36,995 nt of DNA from Candidatus Eiseniibacteriota bacterium (lineage in GTDB: Bacteria; Eisenbacteria; RBG-16-71-46; JAGVPR01). The DNA lies in contig JAGVPR010000109.1 of NCBI GenBank assembly GCA_020052115.1, positions 1-36,995 of the forward strand. The letters run 5' to 3'. A program made the position numbers and the translations under genes. The notes beneath the pieces are model-generated. The model made no database searches. It was not told the DNA's origin and saw only the letters and a list, made by a program, of their open reading frames with translations. Of this stretch, positions 36,212 through 36,995 are shown one piece after another; within the stretch, counting starts at the first letter, position 1, and every line of letters begins with the position of its first letter.

Positions 36212-36272
36212 GAGAAAAAGGTCTGTTGACCAGAGCTTCTCTCAGCCATTCCGTATCTGTCCCTGAAAGACT

Positions 36273-36301
36273 TTGACATGAGCTCCCGAGGTTGATAGCG
36301 T
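36273..36301 (+). promoter_or_regulatory. Sigma70-type promoter for the lipoprotein gene
   Basis: TTGACA-N17-TAGCGT with an extended TG. Confidence 0.6.
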
Positions 36302-36379
36302 AACTCGCTGAATTCTCATGAGATGTCGGGTTGCGACGAGCGACCCGAAGGGCTCCGGAACGTCGGGAGGGGAAAGACC

Positions 36380-36995
36380 ATGCGTGGCAGAGCAGGGTGG
36401 GCGGCGGCGCTCCTGGCGGCGGCGGTGCTGGGATGCCAGAGCGCGCCGAAGGGCGCAACAGCCGCGAAACAGGCGGCCCCGCCGGATCTGTCCTCCTACG
36501 GGATCACGACGGTGGCGTTTCTCGACATGGTGAACACCACCGACAACGATCATGCCGGCGAGAGGATGGCGGGACACCTCGAGGCTCAACTGAAGGCCGA
36601 CGGCGGCTACAACTACTTCACGATCTACGAGACCGAAGGCCGCGCGAACCGCGACGCGGCGGCCCGCGCGGATTTCGAGCGGCTCCGCAAGGACTGGAAG
36701 GGCACGCGACGACTCGACCCGGCGATCGTCGTGCGCTTCGGCCAGGCGATCGGAGCGCAGGGCCTGCTCGCCTCGGAGCTTCTCACGTGGACAAGTCACA
36801 AGGTGGACTGGAACGTCGAAGGGAAGTCGTACTCGCGCGTCACCTGCAAGCTCACGCTCTTTGAAGCTCGCACCGGCCTTCCGGCCTGGACGAAGGTCGA
36901 GGATACGCTCGTCGAGAGTGCGAATTACGACCCCTCCCAGTCGGCTTTCGGCGACCAGGGCGGCGTTCCCTCCGGCGAGGTCGTGAACCGGGCGC
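36380..36995 (+). CDS. Putative lipoprotein, 3' truncated (CsgG/LpoB/DUF799-like alpha/beta fold suspected)
   Basis: Manual translation, not in the ORF track: RBS GGGAGGGG, then MRGRAGWAAALLAAAVLG-CQSAPK...ITTVAFLDMVNTT...FGQAIGAQGLL...LTLFEARTG..AW; lipobox VLGC; frame open to the window end. Confidence 0.8.
   Translation, partial: MRGRAGWAAALLAAAVLGCQSAPKGATAAKQAAPPDLSSYGITTVAFLDMVNTTDNDHAGERMAGHLEAQLKADGGYNYFTIYETEGRANRDAAARADFERLRKDWKGTRRLDPAIVVRFGQAIGAQGLLASELLTWTSHKVDWNVEGKSYSRVTCKLTLFEARTGLPAWTKVEDTLVESANYDPSQSAFGDQGGVPSGEVVNRA

Overview
GC-rich bacterial chromosomal window; no integrase, transposase, phage gene or CRISPR array was recognised. The FlgD-Ig/T9SS-like C-terminal domains and the cohesin/dockerin-like tail suggest an FCB-related lineage such as Ca. 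Eisenbacteria or Krumholzibacteriota (inference only). Left to right: (1) the 3' end of a multiheme c-type cytochrome with 5 visible CxxCH motifs, absent from the ORF track and translationally coupled to a predicted outer-membrane beta-barrel, i.e. a candidate porin-cytochrome conduit; (2) an unknown exported protein; (3) a secreted M28 peptidase with a FlgD-Ig C-terminal domain; (4) a REC-HisKA-HATPase hybrid kinase convergent with a complete chemosensory operon, cheA-mcp-cheW-cheR-cheY-cheD-cheB-STAS, which is preceded by a near-consensus sigma28 promoter; (5) tRNA-Ser(TGA), tRNA-Ser(GCT) and tRNA-Arg(ACG); (6) dedA and an orphan SufS-like class V aminotransferase; (7) a 2635-aa secreted modular surface protein; (8) an S9 peptidase coupled to a serine racemase/dehydratase-type enzyme; (9) a complete methanogen-like hdrCBA-mvhDGA operon (group 3c [NiFe]-hydrogenase/heterodisulfide reductase); (10) the 5' part of a lipoprotein gene. 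All family assignments come from motif recognition by eye, not from database searches.
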